Origin: Bdellovibrionales bacterium
GTDB taxonomy: Bacteria; Bdellovibrionota; Bdellovibrionia; Bdellovibrionales; Bdellovibrionaceae
Assembly (NCBI GenBank): GCA_031370005.1
Contig: JANMPT010000094.1
Location: 1-62,099, forward strand
DNA length: 62,099 nt
Direction of reading: 5' to 3'
Within the stretch, counting starts at the first letter, position 1; each line of letters begins with the position of its first letter. Made by a program: the position numbers and the translations under genes. Below the pieces are notes generated by a model. That model saw only the letters and a list, made by a program, of their open reading frames with translations, was not told the origin of the DNA and searched no databases. This document shows, piece after piece, positions 28,535 through 37,454 of the stretch.

Positions 28535-29113
28535 ATGAAAAAATTTGTAACTGCTCAGGCTCTAATTTTGTTATCCTTTTTTTCAAATATCGCTTTTGCG
28601 GCCCCTTACTATCAAGGTATTGGCTGCAATGCGGATGGGACAAGCTGCCTTCTTGGAGTGCCCACCCACCGAGTCACTGTTTGGTACGAAACTGGAAAAA
28701 AAAATGACCTTGGAGAACAATGTGAAAACTTTATTGCACGCACAACTCAACGAGTACAGGCCTTAAAAGCAGCTCTTGGGGATGTCGTTGATCTTCAATA
28801 TAAAAATTTTAGCGCGGCTGAAGTTACTGACTCTGCCACTGGTATTAAAAGCAATATCGAATGTTCAGTCCAAATTCACTCAGAAAATGCGAACCTACTT
28901 CTAAAAGATCAATTGGGAAAACGACACTTCTGGACCTGCAAAGACAAAAGCCAGCCGGGAGTTTGCCGTACCGAGCAATCCACTTGCGATCAAGATCTTG
29001 CCGAGGCATTGAAAGACCCGACTCTACTTCAAGCCAAAGTTGTGATCAGCGGATCAGTTCTTCAAGGTGTGATTTGTCAGGTCTCTGGGATTCGGGCCTC
29101 TTTAAAACAATAG
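28535..29113 (+). CDS. Secreted Cys-rich hypothetical protein
   Basis: Signal peptide (AFA), 8 Cys in the mature part, GAGG RBS. Confidence 0.75.
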   Translation: MKKFVTAQALILLSFFSNIAFAAPYYQGIGCNADGTSCLLGVPTHRVTVWYETGKKNDLGEQCENFIARTTQRVQALKAALGDVVDLQYKNFSAAEVTDSATGIKSNIECSVQIHSENANLLLKDQLGKRHFWTCKDKSQPGVCRTEQSTCDQDLAEALKDPTLLQAKVVISGSVLQGVICQVSGIRASLKQ

Positions 29114-29146
29114 ACAGTCCTCACCTCAGAGTCTTCTCATAACTTC

Positions 29147-31084
29147 CTAGTAATAATAAAGTAGACGCCCTTCCAGGCGTCGAATTGATTGATCGTCAGC
29201 TCCTGTCATGCGAAGGCTCAGGCTCTGATTCATGCTCCAGTTGATGCCAAGAGAGCTTTGTCTAAACTCTGAATTCATCCCTTTATAGTCATAGCGATAG
29301 TATGTCTCCGCCATCAATGCAAAGGCATCGCGATTCCAGCGCAGGGATAGTCCTGGCCCGGCCCCAATCCTCCAAGTGTTTCCTTGAAAGTCAGAACTTG
29401 TTTGTGTTGTGACGCGAATCCAGAAACTTAGATCCAAATCAGACCACAATGCTTTGCTGACACCAGAGCCCCCGCTAAGCTCCGTCCACCGACAAAGACC
29501 AGAGCAATTATTTTCATAACCTCGCTCTACTGAAAACTTTAAACGCCAAGACACACCGTGATTAAAATCGTCTTGGGAAGACAATGAAACCACCTCATAC
29601 AAAATCGCTCGATCCAGGGCGAGTTCATTGGACTCCGGATTCAGTGATAATCCCAGATATCCCATAGTGATTTCAGCCGTTGGAGGATAGCCTGATTTTG
29701 CATCCAAAAGATCGTGCAAAGCTTCCTTCACGTCTAGCAAATAGTACTTGTCTTTATTCCACTCGCGGTAACCGAGACCCCAGCGACGTGAACCTTGGGC
29801 ATCATGTGGAGCCTCACTCCAGGGTTCTGGAACTTTCAAAGGCTCCGAAGCTCCGCCCAACTCGGCTCGGGAAATTAAAATTTCTTTTTTAAAAAAATAT
29901 TTCCCTTCTTTTTTTAGAATCTCTTTCGGATAGCGGTAATCTAAATAGTCTATGGCCGCATCCAGACTCTCACGCTTTTCAGGAGCATTCAGTCCATGAG
30001 TCAGATTTAAAATGGACTCATCCCTTGCAAAACCTCTCATGCGCTTTTTTGCCAAATCCGTCAGCCCACGATAACGCTGCTCAAAGGTCGCACGCACCGA
30101 AGGACGATAATGAATACGTCCAACCAAGCCCGGTTGTTGAAAAATAGTCTGGACAGTGTCTGCGGGCATAACCTGAGACTTTAAATGCTCCGTCAACTCA
30201 AGACTGGGTCTTGCGACTTCTAAAATAGAGAGAATACGATAAGAGCAATTTTCAGTAAAATAGTGATAATTGAAATTAACATCGAGAAGTTCCCATATGT
30301 AAGCAATAACCATCTCGACTTCTTCAGAATTAAACGTGAGATCGTATTCCCACAAATCACGGGATTCGAAGTCATTGTATTCGCGTACCTTGTAATAATA
30401 AGGATTTATATCGAAAGTCCCTGGCATCATCCCGGAAACTCCAAGAAAAGAATACACGAAGGGGTTATCAGAAACCTTCACGGCTGCATAACCTACACCA
30501 TAGTCTGCAAGCTCATATCGTTCGCCATCTTTTGCTGATGGGGCTTTATTTATTCTCAAAAAAGTGTGACCAAATGCCGAAGCTGGATTGTTCAAATAAT
30601 AAGATGAAAACACATAGGTCAATGACTGGGGCTGCAGGATTTCTTTGAAGCGCTCAAAGCGCTCGCACTTCGGACTCGGGAACTTTACGCCTGCCTTCTT
30701 CTCGAGCCAAAGCTTTCTGGCCGGAAATACACAAGCAACGGGATCCTCAAAATTGCCGTCTCGTGAGTGAATTTTCATTTTATTTTCTTGAAGCGCAGAC
30801 AGCGTGGCCTGCAGCTCAAGATCGGGGTGAGTTCTACCTTCGGGAGAAAGAAAAAATTTCGCAGATTCCCCCGAGCTCTTATAGCCACCAAAAAAATTAT
30901 GCTGATACTGAACCAATCGCAACCAAAGACGATCATCGGCCCAGTGTTCTTGTTTCGCACGATCAAGGAGCTCAGAACTTACTGCCGCTGCGACCTGCTC
31001 TGATCCAATCATGAGCACCAAAAGAAAAAACCCCACAATCGTGGGGCTTTTTTTGATATTTTGAAAAATCTTTAGCCTTGGCAA
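29147..31084 (-). CDS. DUF4105/Lnb-N domain protein with C-terminal beta-barrel
   Basis: CVFPAR, PASAFGHTFLR, ESRDLWEY, YHYFTENCSY (His/Cys pair), barrel-like C-terminus ending LLYYY. Start uncertain. Confidence 0.82.
   Translation of the reverse strand: MPRLKIFQNIKKSPTIVGFFLLVLMIGSEQVAAAVSSELLDRAKQEHWADDRLWLRLVQYQHNFFGGYKSSGESAKFFLSPEGRTHPDLELQATLSALQENKMKIHSRDGNFEDPVACVFPARKLWLEKKAGVKFPSPKCERFERFKEILQPQSLTYVFSSYYLNNPASAFGHTFLRINKAPSAKDGERYELADYGVGYAAVKVSDNPFVYSFLGVSGMMPGTFDINPYYYKVREYNDFESRDLWEYDLTFNSEEVEMVIAYIWELLDVNFNYHYFTENCSYRILSILEVARPSLELTEHLKSQVMPADTVQTIFQQPGLVGRIHYRPSVRATFEQRYRGLTDLAKKRMRGFARDESILNLTHGLNAPEKRESLDAAIDYLDYRYPKEILKKEGKYFFKKEILISRAELGGASEPLKVPEPWSEAPHDAQGSRRWGLGYREWNKDKYYLLDVKEALHDLLDAKSGYPPTAEITMGYLGLSLNPESNELALDRAILYEVVSLSSQDDFNHGVSWRLKFSVERGYENNCSGLCRWTELSGGSGVSKALWSDLDLSFWIRVTTQTSSDFQGNTWRIGAGPGLSLRWNRDAFALMAETYYRYDYKGMNSEFRQSSLGINWSMNQSLSLRMTGADDQSIRRLEGRLLYYY
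31025..31054. terminator. Intrinsic, bidirectional-looking terminator after the DUF3015 gene
   Basis: AAAAAA-CCCCAC-AATC-GTGGGG-C-TTTTTTT. Confidence 0.7.
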
Positions 31085-31527
31085 GACTGAGCCATAGCAA
31101 CAATTTTTTCAGATGAGTTCATGCCAGGAGCATATATTTCTTTATAGTTTTTTTGAAGAGCACTGCTAAATTGTGTGCCACAACCCAACATGTTATTTAA
31201 TGTATTCAAAGCCTCACCTTGACCACGAGCAATGTCGTTTTCAAGTGCAACTGCATTTGATTGAATGAATGTGTTGATTTCTGCTTTAGCGAAAAGACCA
31301 TGACCACAGTTTGAAGTTCCGGAAGTGATACCAAATGTCTGCACACCAGTTCCGTTTATAGTTGCAGCAAGAACCTGAACCACACCTTCTTGATTTCCAA
31401 AAACCATAGACCCCAGACCACAGCCAGCAACTCCATAAGAGCCATTACCCTTCATACTGCCCGTATTAGCAGCATTTGCTGAAGCCACACAACCAAAAGC
31501 AGCAAGAACAACGATGAGAGCTTTCAT
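31072..31527 (-). CDS. DUF3015 family secreted protein
   Basis: Signal peptide, YGVAGCGLGS, QTFGITSGTSNC, DIARGQGE. Confidence 0.88.
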   Translation of the reverse strand: MKALIVVLAAFGCVASANAANTGSMKGNGSYGVAGCGLGSMVFGNQEGVVQVLAATINGTGVQTFGITSGTSNCGHGLFAKAEINTFIQSNAVALENDIARGQGEALNTLNNMLGCGTQFSSALQKNYKEIYAPGMNSSEKIVAMAQSCQG

Positions 31528-31665
31528 TTTATCCCCTTTTAATAATAATTCGACTTCATTGTCGAAGTTTTGTAAGGAATAAAAAGTATGTCGAAAGTGA
31601 AAGACAAAATCAAGGTCACACTGCGCACGGCCAGTGTGACAATTTCATCCAATGGGGCCTATTGG

Positions 31666-31875
31666 TTAGAATGGACTCCGAAGCCAACCCTTCCAGTGAT
31701 TGCGTAGTAACCGCCTTGGCTTTTCGAAGCAACGCATCGCCGGGCGAATGGGGGGCTCCATTTCTAAGTCTTCGACGCAAGCCATGATCTTATCATGCAT
31801 GCGATCGTAATATGCTTGGTTGTTCGGAAGTTGTACGTCCTCAAGTACTCCTCCCAGTAGTTGTTTCTTTCTCAT
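31666..31875 (-). CDS. Small protein coupled to the ECF sigma factor (possible anti-sigma)
   Basis: ATGA overlap with the sigma gene; PNNQAYYDRMHDKIM resembles a PxxYFxx...I anti-sigma-type segment. Confidence 0.55.
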   Translation of the reverse strand: MRKKQLLGGVLEDVQLPNNQAYYDRMHDKIMACVEDLEMEPPIRPAMRCFEKPRRLLRNHWKGWLRSPF

Positions 31876-32489
31876 CCCTCAGCCTCCACAAATTGATTGG
31901 TTTCGCCCAAAAAACCTCCGACTTCTTCGGTCCAGTTTTTCAGGTCTTGTTGCTCTTCGAATACCTCGCGAAGTTTCATCAGTGCATGACGATAGTTCGC
32001 TTTTGCAGTGTCATATGGGCAACCCATGATCTCGGCAATCTCCTTGAAACTGAGATCTTCGTAAACCCGAAGCACCAGGGCTGTTCTCTGCCTATCAGGA
32101 AGTTTATCAACCTCTTCTTGCAGAATTTCTGCAATCGCACCATGAACCATTCCGCTTTCAGCTTCAGCGCCCACTGCGAGTTGCACGCTCTCGATGTCGA
32201 TCATGTTTTTACGAGAATCGCGGATTCGGTTGCGTGCACTATTCACTGCTATCTGAAAAAGCCAACTCTTAAAACTCGCTCTTCCTTCAAAGCTATGAAG
32301 CTTCTCATAAGCTTTGATAAAACTTTCCTGCACCACATCCTCCGCCGTACCGAGATCTTTTACAAATCTCAGACTCATTCTCAGAAGTCCTTTCTGATGT
32401 CGCTTAACAAGTTCAGAAAAAGATCGTCTGTTTCCAGCCTTCACTTCATCCACTAGCTCAAGATCTGTTCTCAAAAGATCCCGCAACAT
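31872..32489 (-). CDS. ECF RNA polymerase sigma factor
   Basis: AEDVVQESFIKAY, FKSWLFQIAVN, LPDRQRTALVLR..EDLSFKEIAEIM. Confidence 0.95.
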   Translation of the reverse strand: MLRDLLRTDLELVDEVKAGNRRSFSELVKRHQKGLLRMSLRFVKDLGTAEDVVQESFIKAYEKLHSFEGRASFKSWLFQIAVNSARNRIRDSRKNMIDIESVQLAVGAEAESGMVHGAIAEILQEEVDKLPDRQRTALVLRVYEDLSFKEIAEIMGCPYDTAKANYRHALMKLREVFEEQQDLKNWTEEVGGFLGETNQFVEAEG

Positions 32490-32561
32490 AGTATAGACTC
32501 ACTTTCTAGGAGTTTCGGTTAAAGGGAGACCTCCCCCTTGTGACTCCATGCTAATACTTTG

Positions 32562-32577
32562 TGCAATAGTAGTGCCG
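32562..32577 (-). promoter_or_regulatory. Sigma54 promoter upstream of the ECF sigma gene
   Basis: Minus strand CGGCACTACTATTGCA (GG-N10-GC). Confidence 0.65.
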
Positions 32578-32643
32578 AACGCCGTGGTGCCACAGTGACT
32601 CTAAATACATGAAATTATTTATTTTTTAAATATTTATTAGACC

Positions 32644-32666
32644 ATGCATAAGAGTTTCTTATGCAT
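32644..32666. repeat. Perfect 10-3-10 inverted repeat, candidate activator site
   Basis: ATGCATAAGA-GTT-TCTTATGCAT, in AT-rich DNA about 95-115 nt upstream of the predicted sigma54 start site. Confidence 0.6.
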
Positions 32667-32701
32667 AAAAAATTAGTACTTTTAAATTACAATTTCGGAA
32701 T

Positions 32702-32968
32702 TTATTTTCGGGTTCGGGCGCAATCTTTAACTGCTTTTTCGAAATTTGAATAAGTTAACTGCTTGGCTTGCATGTGGTTGATAGCGCAATTAATCGTGGT
32801 TTGCGAATACTCTTCGCAGTATTTATCAGCTTTGTACTTATGACTGTCCCACCAAACTTTAATTTTAAGATCGGCGGCGCACTCACTCACCGTACGCTGA
32901 TCATTGCCCTGCTGAGCAAAACAACTCAATGATATAAAAAAGCACACTAGAGCCACAAAACTTTTCAT
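32702..32968 (-). CDS. Small secreted protein with 4 Cys in the mature part
   Basis: GGGAG RBS, signal peptide (CFA), 88 aa. Confidence 0.72.
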   Translation of the reverse strand: MKSFVALVCFFISLSCFAQQGNDQRTVSECAADLKIKVWWDSHKYKADKYCEEYSQTTINCAINHMQAKQLTYSNFEKAVKDCARTRK

Positions 32969-33016
32969 TTTCTCTCCCGACCTTTACACGACGCATCCGA
33001 AAAAGGTACGGCGTAC

Positions 33017-33952
33017 CTATTGGGCGATGGTGACGCGGTTGCGGCCTGCTTGCTTGGAAGTGTACATTGCCTTATCGGCGCGATCAAAGATCTCCGGCCA
33101 ATCAGTGTCATTCGTGCTTTTTGTCACAACTCCAAGCGAGATAGTCACTGGAATCACTTTGTTTTCATACACAAAAACATGTGTCTCTATGGTTTGTCGA
33201 ATTCGTTCTGCGATTTCGCTGACCATTTTCGCCGTGCCACCGGATAGGATCAAAACAAACTCTTCACCACCGTAACGGGCAAAGTAGTCATTTGAACGAA
33301 TCAATTTTGAGCTCACGATATTACCGAGTTCCTTCAAAACAAAATCTCCAGCCGGATGTCCGTAGCTGTCATTAATCTTCTTAAAGTGATCAATATCAAA
33401 AATGATAACACTCATCTCCTCATTGAGGAGCTCCGAGCGCTTTACCGCCTCTGGACCCTTCTCAAGCAGAGAACCTTTGCTATGAGCGCCAGTCAAGGCA
33501 TCTCTATTCGCCTTTTCATACATAGTCTGATTTGTCAGTGCTTCGATATTGCCCTTTTCCAAAAATTTGAAAATAACGTTTCCAGTTTTTATTTGGTCAT
33601 TATTTTTCAACTTGCATGGAGCCAAAGGCGGCAAGGCATTGCCATTCACGATGGTTTTATTTGTAGAACCCAAGTCAATAATAGAAACTTCTGCGCCAAC
33701 CACCGCGAACTTCGCGTGCGAACGGCTCAAACTTTTATCATCAATATACACCTGTGTTTCAACCGAACGACCAATCACAATATCATTAGAAGAGATAGGA
33801 TACTGCTTACCCACGTAGCCCGGAGGCCCAATAAGTATTACAACAACGGGCGGAGCTCCATCAGCAGCCTGGATACGCCCTTTGAATGTGTCTGAGCTCA
33901 CTACACTCGTTTTTTCTGATACATCTTTTACTTCATCATCATGATTTGCCAT
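33017..33952 (-). CDS. dgcB: FHA-GGDEF diguanylate cyclase, DgcB orthologue
   Basis: N-terminal tail SEKTSVV; FHA motifs IGR, LSRSHA, DLGSTNKT; GGDEF domain DIDHFKKINDSYGH and ARYGGEEF. Confidence 0.88.
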   Translation of the reverse strand: MANHDDEVKDVSEKTSVVSSDTFKGRIQAADGAPPVVVILIGPPGYVGKQYPISSNDIVIGRSVETQVYIDDKSLSRSHAKFAVVGAEVSIIDLGSTNKTIVNGNALPPLAPCKLKNNDQIKTGNVIFKFLEKGNIEALTNQTMYEKANRDALTGAHSKGSLLEKGPEAVKRSELLNEEMSVIIFDIDHFKKINDSYGHPAGDFVLKELGNIVSSKLIRSNDYFARYGGEEFVLILSGGTAKMVSEIAERIRQTIETHVFVYENKVIPVTISLGVVTKSTNDTDWPEIFDRADKAMYTSKQAGRNRVTIAQ

Positions 33953-33960
33953 CGCATTTC

Positions 33961-33990
33961 ATTATAAATCTTCAGTGACTTTGATTACAA
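33961..33990 (-). promoter_or_regulatory. Sigma70 promoter, probably leaderless, of dgcB
   Basis: Minus strand TTGTAA-N18-TATAAT, 8 nt before the ATG, no SD. Confidence 0.6.
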
Positions 33991-34066
33991 TCAAGCAATG
34001 ACCAAGATTTCTTTAGCTGGTCTCTTGCCCAGCCTGACCTAAAGCTGGGCCCCTGTTCTAAATAAA

Positions 34067-35182
34067 TTAAGAAACAGCAACGTCCTCTTCAATACGGTGA
34101 TAGCCCCGCCATTCTTTCAGTCGGCCTCGCGGACGCCCTCCGTCTTCTGGATATTCAATTAGGACATAGGTCAACTTTGTGATTTTCCCTAAAGATACAA
34201 TATCTAGAGACGTCAACTCAGTCCAAGTCCCCGTATTGAAATACTCCTTATCCGTAGACCATTGACGGTACTGATAAACATGTGTGTGGCCAAAGATCAC
34301 TGTATGAATACGCTCATCACCCAAGACGCGACGAGCAGCCTCACTCAGATCCGGAAAAACAGCACTTTCCAAAATCACTTGTAAAATACGTTTAAGTGGC
34401 CAATTCCGGCGAGGGTCCTTCACAATCAAAGTTCTGCTAAAATATACAATCAAAGAAAAAAATGACTTAACAAGCATTCGAGTCTCATTAAAAATGGCCC
34501 ACTTTATCATTTTTGAAAATGGCCGAATCTTATCAACATGTGGATATTTTTGTTTTACCTTGAGCACGAGCTCAACGAAAAAATGTGAGCCAAACGGAAG
34601 ATTCAAAATCGGCTCTGGCAAATCTTTTTTCAGAAAAAACTTTTTAGGATCCATGCGATTGGCTGCCTCATGCATATGACCATGCTCAATGTGGACGCCA
34701 TCAAAAAAATAGACGATATTTTTAAAGCGAATAGGTGAACCCACCACTTGATTGAGGTAAGCGCGGCAAGCTGGCCATAGCATCGACTGATCATGGTTAC
34801 CAACAATATAAGTTATGGAATTTCCAGGCTTCCCTGCAAAATCCTCCATTGCTCTAAAAACTTTCACATGCCCCTTAACAATAGACTTAATGACATCAAG
34901 AGCCACTGCCTCGGTAATAACTGTCAAAAAATGGCCCTTGTAGTCGACCTGCAAACAATTGAGAAAATCACCGTTAATAATCAACTCAACTTCATAGTCA
35001 CGATAAATTCCAGAGGAATAGTAATGAATAAACTCAACAAGTTTTTCAGAGTAATAAAATTCCTCAAGAGAGTTGCTGCCGCCGTTTTCCAGAATACGAC
35101 CTTTGCCAAGGTGCAAATCACTTATGACAACCTTGATTTTTTTAACCGCAAGCGAAGCTTCAACGGAGGTGACTTGTTCCAT
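34067..35182 (-). CDS. Calcineurin-like metallophosphoesterase
   Basis: ISDLHLG, INGD, VGNHD, IEHGH, FGHTH, YFNTGTW. Confidence 0.9.
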   Translation of the reverse strand: MEQVTSVEASLAVKKIKVVISDLHLGKGRILENGGSNSLEEFYYSEKLVEFIHYYSSGIYRDYEVELIINGDFLNCLQVDYKGHFLTVITEAVALDVIKSIVKGHVKVFRAMEDFAGKPGNSITYIVGNHDQSMLWPACRAYLNQVVGSPIRFKNIVYFFDGVHIEHGHMHEAANRMDPKKFFLKKDLPEPILNLPFGSHFFVELVLKVKQKYPHVDKIRPFSKMIKWAIFNETRMLVKSFFSLIVYFSRTLIVKDPRRNWPLKRILQVILESAVFPDLSEAARRVLGDERIHTVIFGHTHVYQYRQWSTDKEYFNTGTWTELTSLDIVSLGKITKLTYVLIEYPEDGGRPRGRLKEWRGYHRIEEDVAVS

Positions 35183-35184
35183 GT

Positions 35185-36417
35185 CTATTCAGCTTTCTTT
35201 AAAGGAACGATGTTCTCCTCTTTAACCTCTAAGTTACTCAAAGCCAAACGCAAGGCGCGTACAGTACGCTTAAACTGCTCTTGATTGAGCTCAATCGTCT
35301 TGTTGAGCTCGAGAACCTTTGTACGATAATTATCAAGCTCATTTTGGAGATGATCAATTTTTCTCTTAAGCTCAAGAATATTCTCATCCTTAGCCCTAAG
35401 CAGAGCGGTTTTCTCAGCCTTGACTAATTCAAGACGATTTTCCAACTCCCTTTCGCGGACACGGATCTTCTTGAAGTCAGATTTCAAACGAATCTCGAGC
35501 TCTTCAATCTTTAGTCGTGCCTTAGAAACCTCTGTCTCTTTATACTGCAAAGTTCCTTTGATGATAACTAGTTCATTTTGAAACGAGTCTGAAACTTCTT
35601 GCTTGTCTTTTTCTAGGGCAAAAACCCTAGAGGTCAACTCTTCAGCTCGATTGCGAATAATCTCACCTGCTGAGGCAAGCTCTTCATTTTCTTGACGGTA
35701 CTTTTCTACTTCCTTTTCTAGTTCTAAAATTCTTTGTTGCGCAAGCTTAAGACTTTCAGACTGGGCAAGCGTCGCATCACTGGATGCGTAAATACTGCCG
35801 CCTCCCCCTGTTGCTGGTCGAGAATCACGCAAAGAGCCGAAACTGACTTTAGCTGAAATATTTTTTTGCTGCTGAGGCTGACGGTTGGCAAAACCCTCAA
35901 CAGCAATCGTTTTCTCAGCATCATGCTCACGATCTGAATTTTCAGAAGAGTCAAAACCGGCCGCTCGGCCTTGATAATTTTGGATATCCATCGTCTTGTC
36001 ATCATACCCAGAATCAGAATCATCAATATCATCAGAATCTTCTTCTAACATAGACGGCACAAGGGAGGACTCCACCGCCTCAGCGGAAGATTCTTCCCTA
36101 TTTGTTAAGGCTTGGTTTGAAGCTTGATCAAGTTCGCCAGAGTGCTTAGGGCCGTCAGGTGCGCTTGGCTCTTTCAATTGCTGCCACAGACCTTCAACAG
36201 CAGAGTTCTGCTCTTGAACTCGGCTTTCCTCTCCATTGAAGCCCACAAGAAAGTCCTCAACATTATTCTTTACTCCAGTTTTTTCATCATCCAAAAACAG
36301 ATCGGCTACAGCATTTTTTCTACGCTGCGTGGGCTGGTCACTGATCTCTTGTACATCGTTAATCAACGACTCGATCAGGTCATCTTTAGGTGTCTGTCTC
36401 TTCTTTTTCTTAGCCAT
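35185..36417 (-). CDS. Acidic disordered / long coiled-coil protein
   Basis: D/E/S-rich N-terminal half, about 190 aa heptad C-terminal half (RVRERELENRLEL). Confidence 0.8.
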   Translation of the reverse strand: MAKKKKRQTPKDDLIESLINDVQEISDQPTQRRKNAVADLFLDDEKTGVKNNVEDFLVGFNGEESRVQEQNSAVEGLWQQLKEPSAPDGPKHSGELDQASNQALTNREESSAEAVESSLVPSMLEEDSDDIDDSDSGYDDKTMDIQNYQGRAAGFDSSENSDREHDAEKTIAVEGFANRQPQQQKNISAKVSFGSLRDSRPATGGGGSIYASSDATLAQSESLKLAQQRILELEKEVEKYRQENEELASAGEIIRNRAEELTSRVFALEKDKQEVSDSFQNELVIIKGTLQYKETEVSKARLKIEELEIRLKSDFKKIRVRERELENRLELVKAEKTALLRAKDENILELKRKIDHLQNELDNYRTKVLELNKTIELNQEQFKRTVRALRLALSNLEVKEENIVPLKKAE

Positions 36418-36429
36418 GACTTGAGATAA

Positions 36430-36457
36430 GTATCGGAAAATATAAGGCGTTTCTTTA
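36430..36457 (-). promoter_or_regulatory. Sigma28 (FliA)-type promoter
   Basis: Minus strand TAAA-N16-TCCGATAC, 12 nt upstream of ATG 36417. Confidence 0.6.
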
Positions 36458-36524
36458 AGAAAAGAGGCCTCCGCTCGGCTAAAATCAGGCTTTAGTCTAG
36501 TGTGTGTTCTCGGATTGAGACATG

Positions 36525-36544
36525 AAGACGCCTTAGGGCGTCTT
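36525..36544. terminator. Hairpin after the PfkB kinase gene
   Basis: AAGACGCC-TTAG-GGCGTCTT immediately after the stop codon. Confidence 0.55.
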
Positions 36545-36545
36545 T

Positions 36546-37454
36546 CTAGACTGTGATTATTTTTTGGTACTCGACCATACGTTTTTTGAGATCCTCGAGC
36601 GTTGTTTTTGCAAGAGCTTTCACGCTAAAATCTTGGATTGTGTGACTCGCAAGGATACTGCCAAAAATGCAAGCCTGCTTCATATCTTTGATCGTTGGCT
36701 TGCCTGGGCGACTTGCTAGATAGCCAAAAAATCCCCCCGCAAAGGTGTCGCCAGCTCCTGTTGGGTCCGTTACTTTTGCGATTGGAAAGGCTGGAAGCAC
36801 GAAGTAGCCTCCTTCTTGTGAGTACATAATGAAGCCATATTCACCGCGTTTAATGACAACGGCCTTTGGTCCCAATTCAATAATTTTTGCCGCGGCAGCA
36901 ATCGCGTTTTCAGCTCCAGTAAGCATTTCTGCTTCTATTTCATTGATCAAAACCACATCTACCTTTTTAAGAACCTTTAATAGATCTGAATTCGCGATAT
37001 CGATCCACAGGTTCATCGTGTCCATTCCAACAAATTGTGGGTTTTTGACTTGATTCAAAACTTCCAATTGCAGAGCCGGAACGATATTTGCGAGAAAAAC
37101 AAAAGAAGAGTTTTTATAGCTCTCAGGCAACTTTGGATTAAAATGCTCAAATACATTGAGTTCCGTCCTCAAAGTTTTGGCTTCGTTCATATCCCCTTCG
37201 TATTTACCTTCCCAATGGAAAGTCTTGCCAGATACTTTCTCAAGACCCTCAAGATCTACGCCGCGAGATTGTAAAAGTTTGTAATCAGACTCTTCATAGT
37301 CCTCGCCCACAACGCCGACAACACGGACTTTCGCAAATAAGCTTGCCGCTAAAGAAAAATAATTAGCCGAGCCACCCAACGCGCGATCAACTCGTCCTGA
37401 GGGCGTTTCAATACTATCATAGGCAAGGCTGCCCACTACTAAAATGTCGCTCAT
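36546..37454 (-). CDS. PfkB-family carbohydrate kinase
   Basis: VVGSLAYDSIETP, LGGSA, INEIEA, DPTGAGDTFAGG. Confidence 0.92.
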   Translation of the reverse strand: MSDILVVGSLAYDSIETPSGRVDRALGGSANYFSLAASLFAKVRVVGVVGEDYEESDYKLLQSRGVDLEGLEKVSGKTFHWEGKYEGDMNEAKTLRTELNVFEHFNPKLPESYKNSSFVFLANIVPALQLEVLNQVKNPQFVGMDTMNLWIDIANSDLLKVLKKVDVVLINEIEAEMLTGAENAIAAAAKIIELGPKAVVIKRGEYGFIMYSQEGGYFVLPAFPIAKVTDPTGAGDTFAGGFFGYLASRPGKPTIKDMKQACIFGSILASHTIQDFSVKALAKTTLEDLKKRMVEYQKIITV

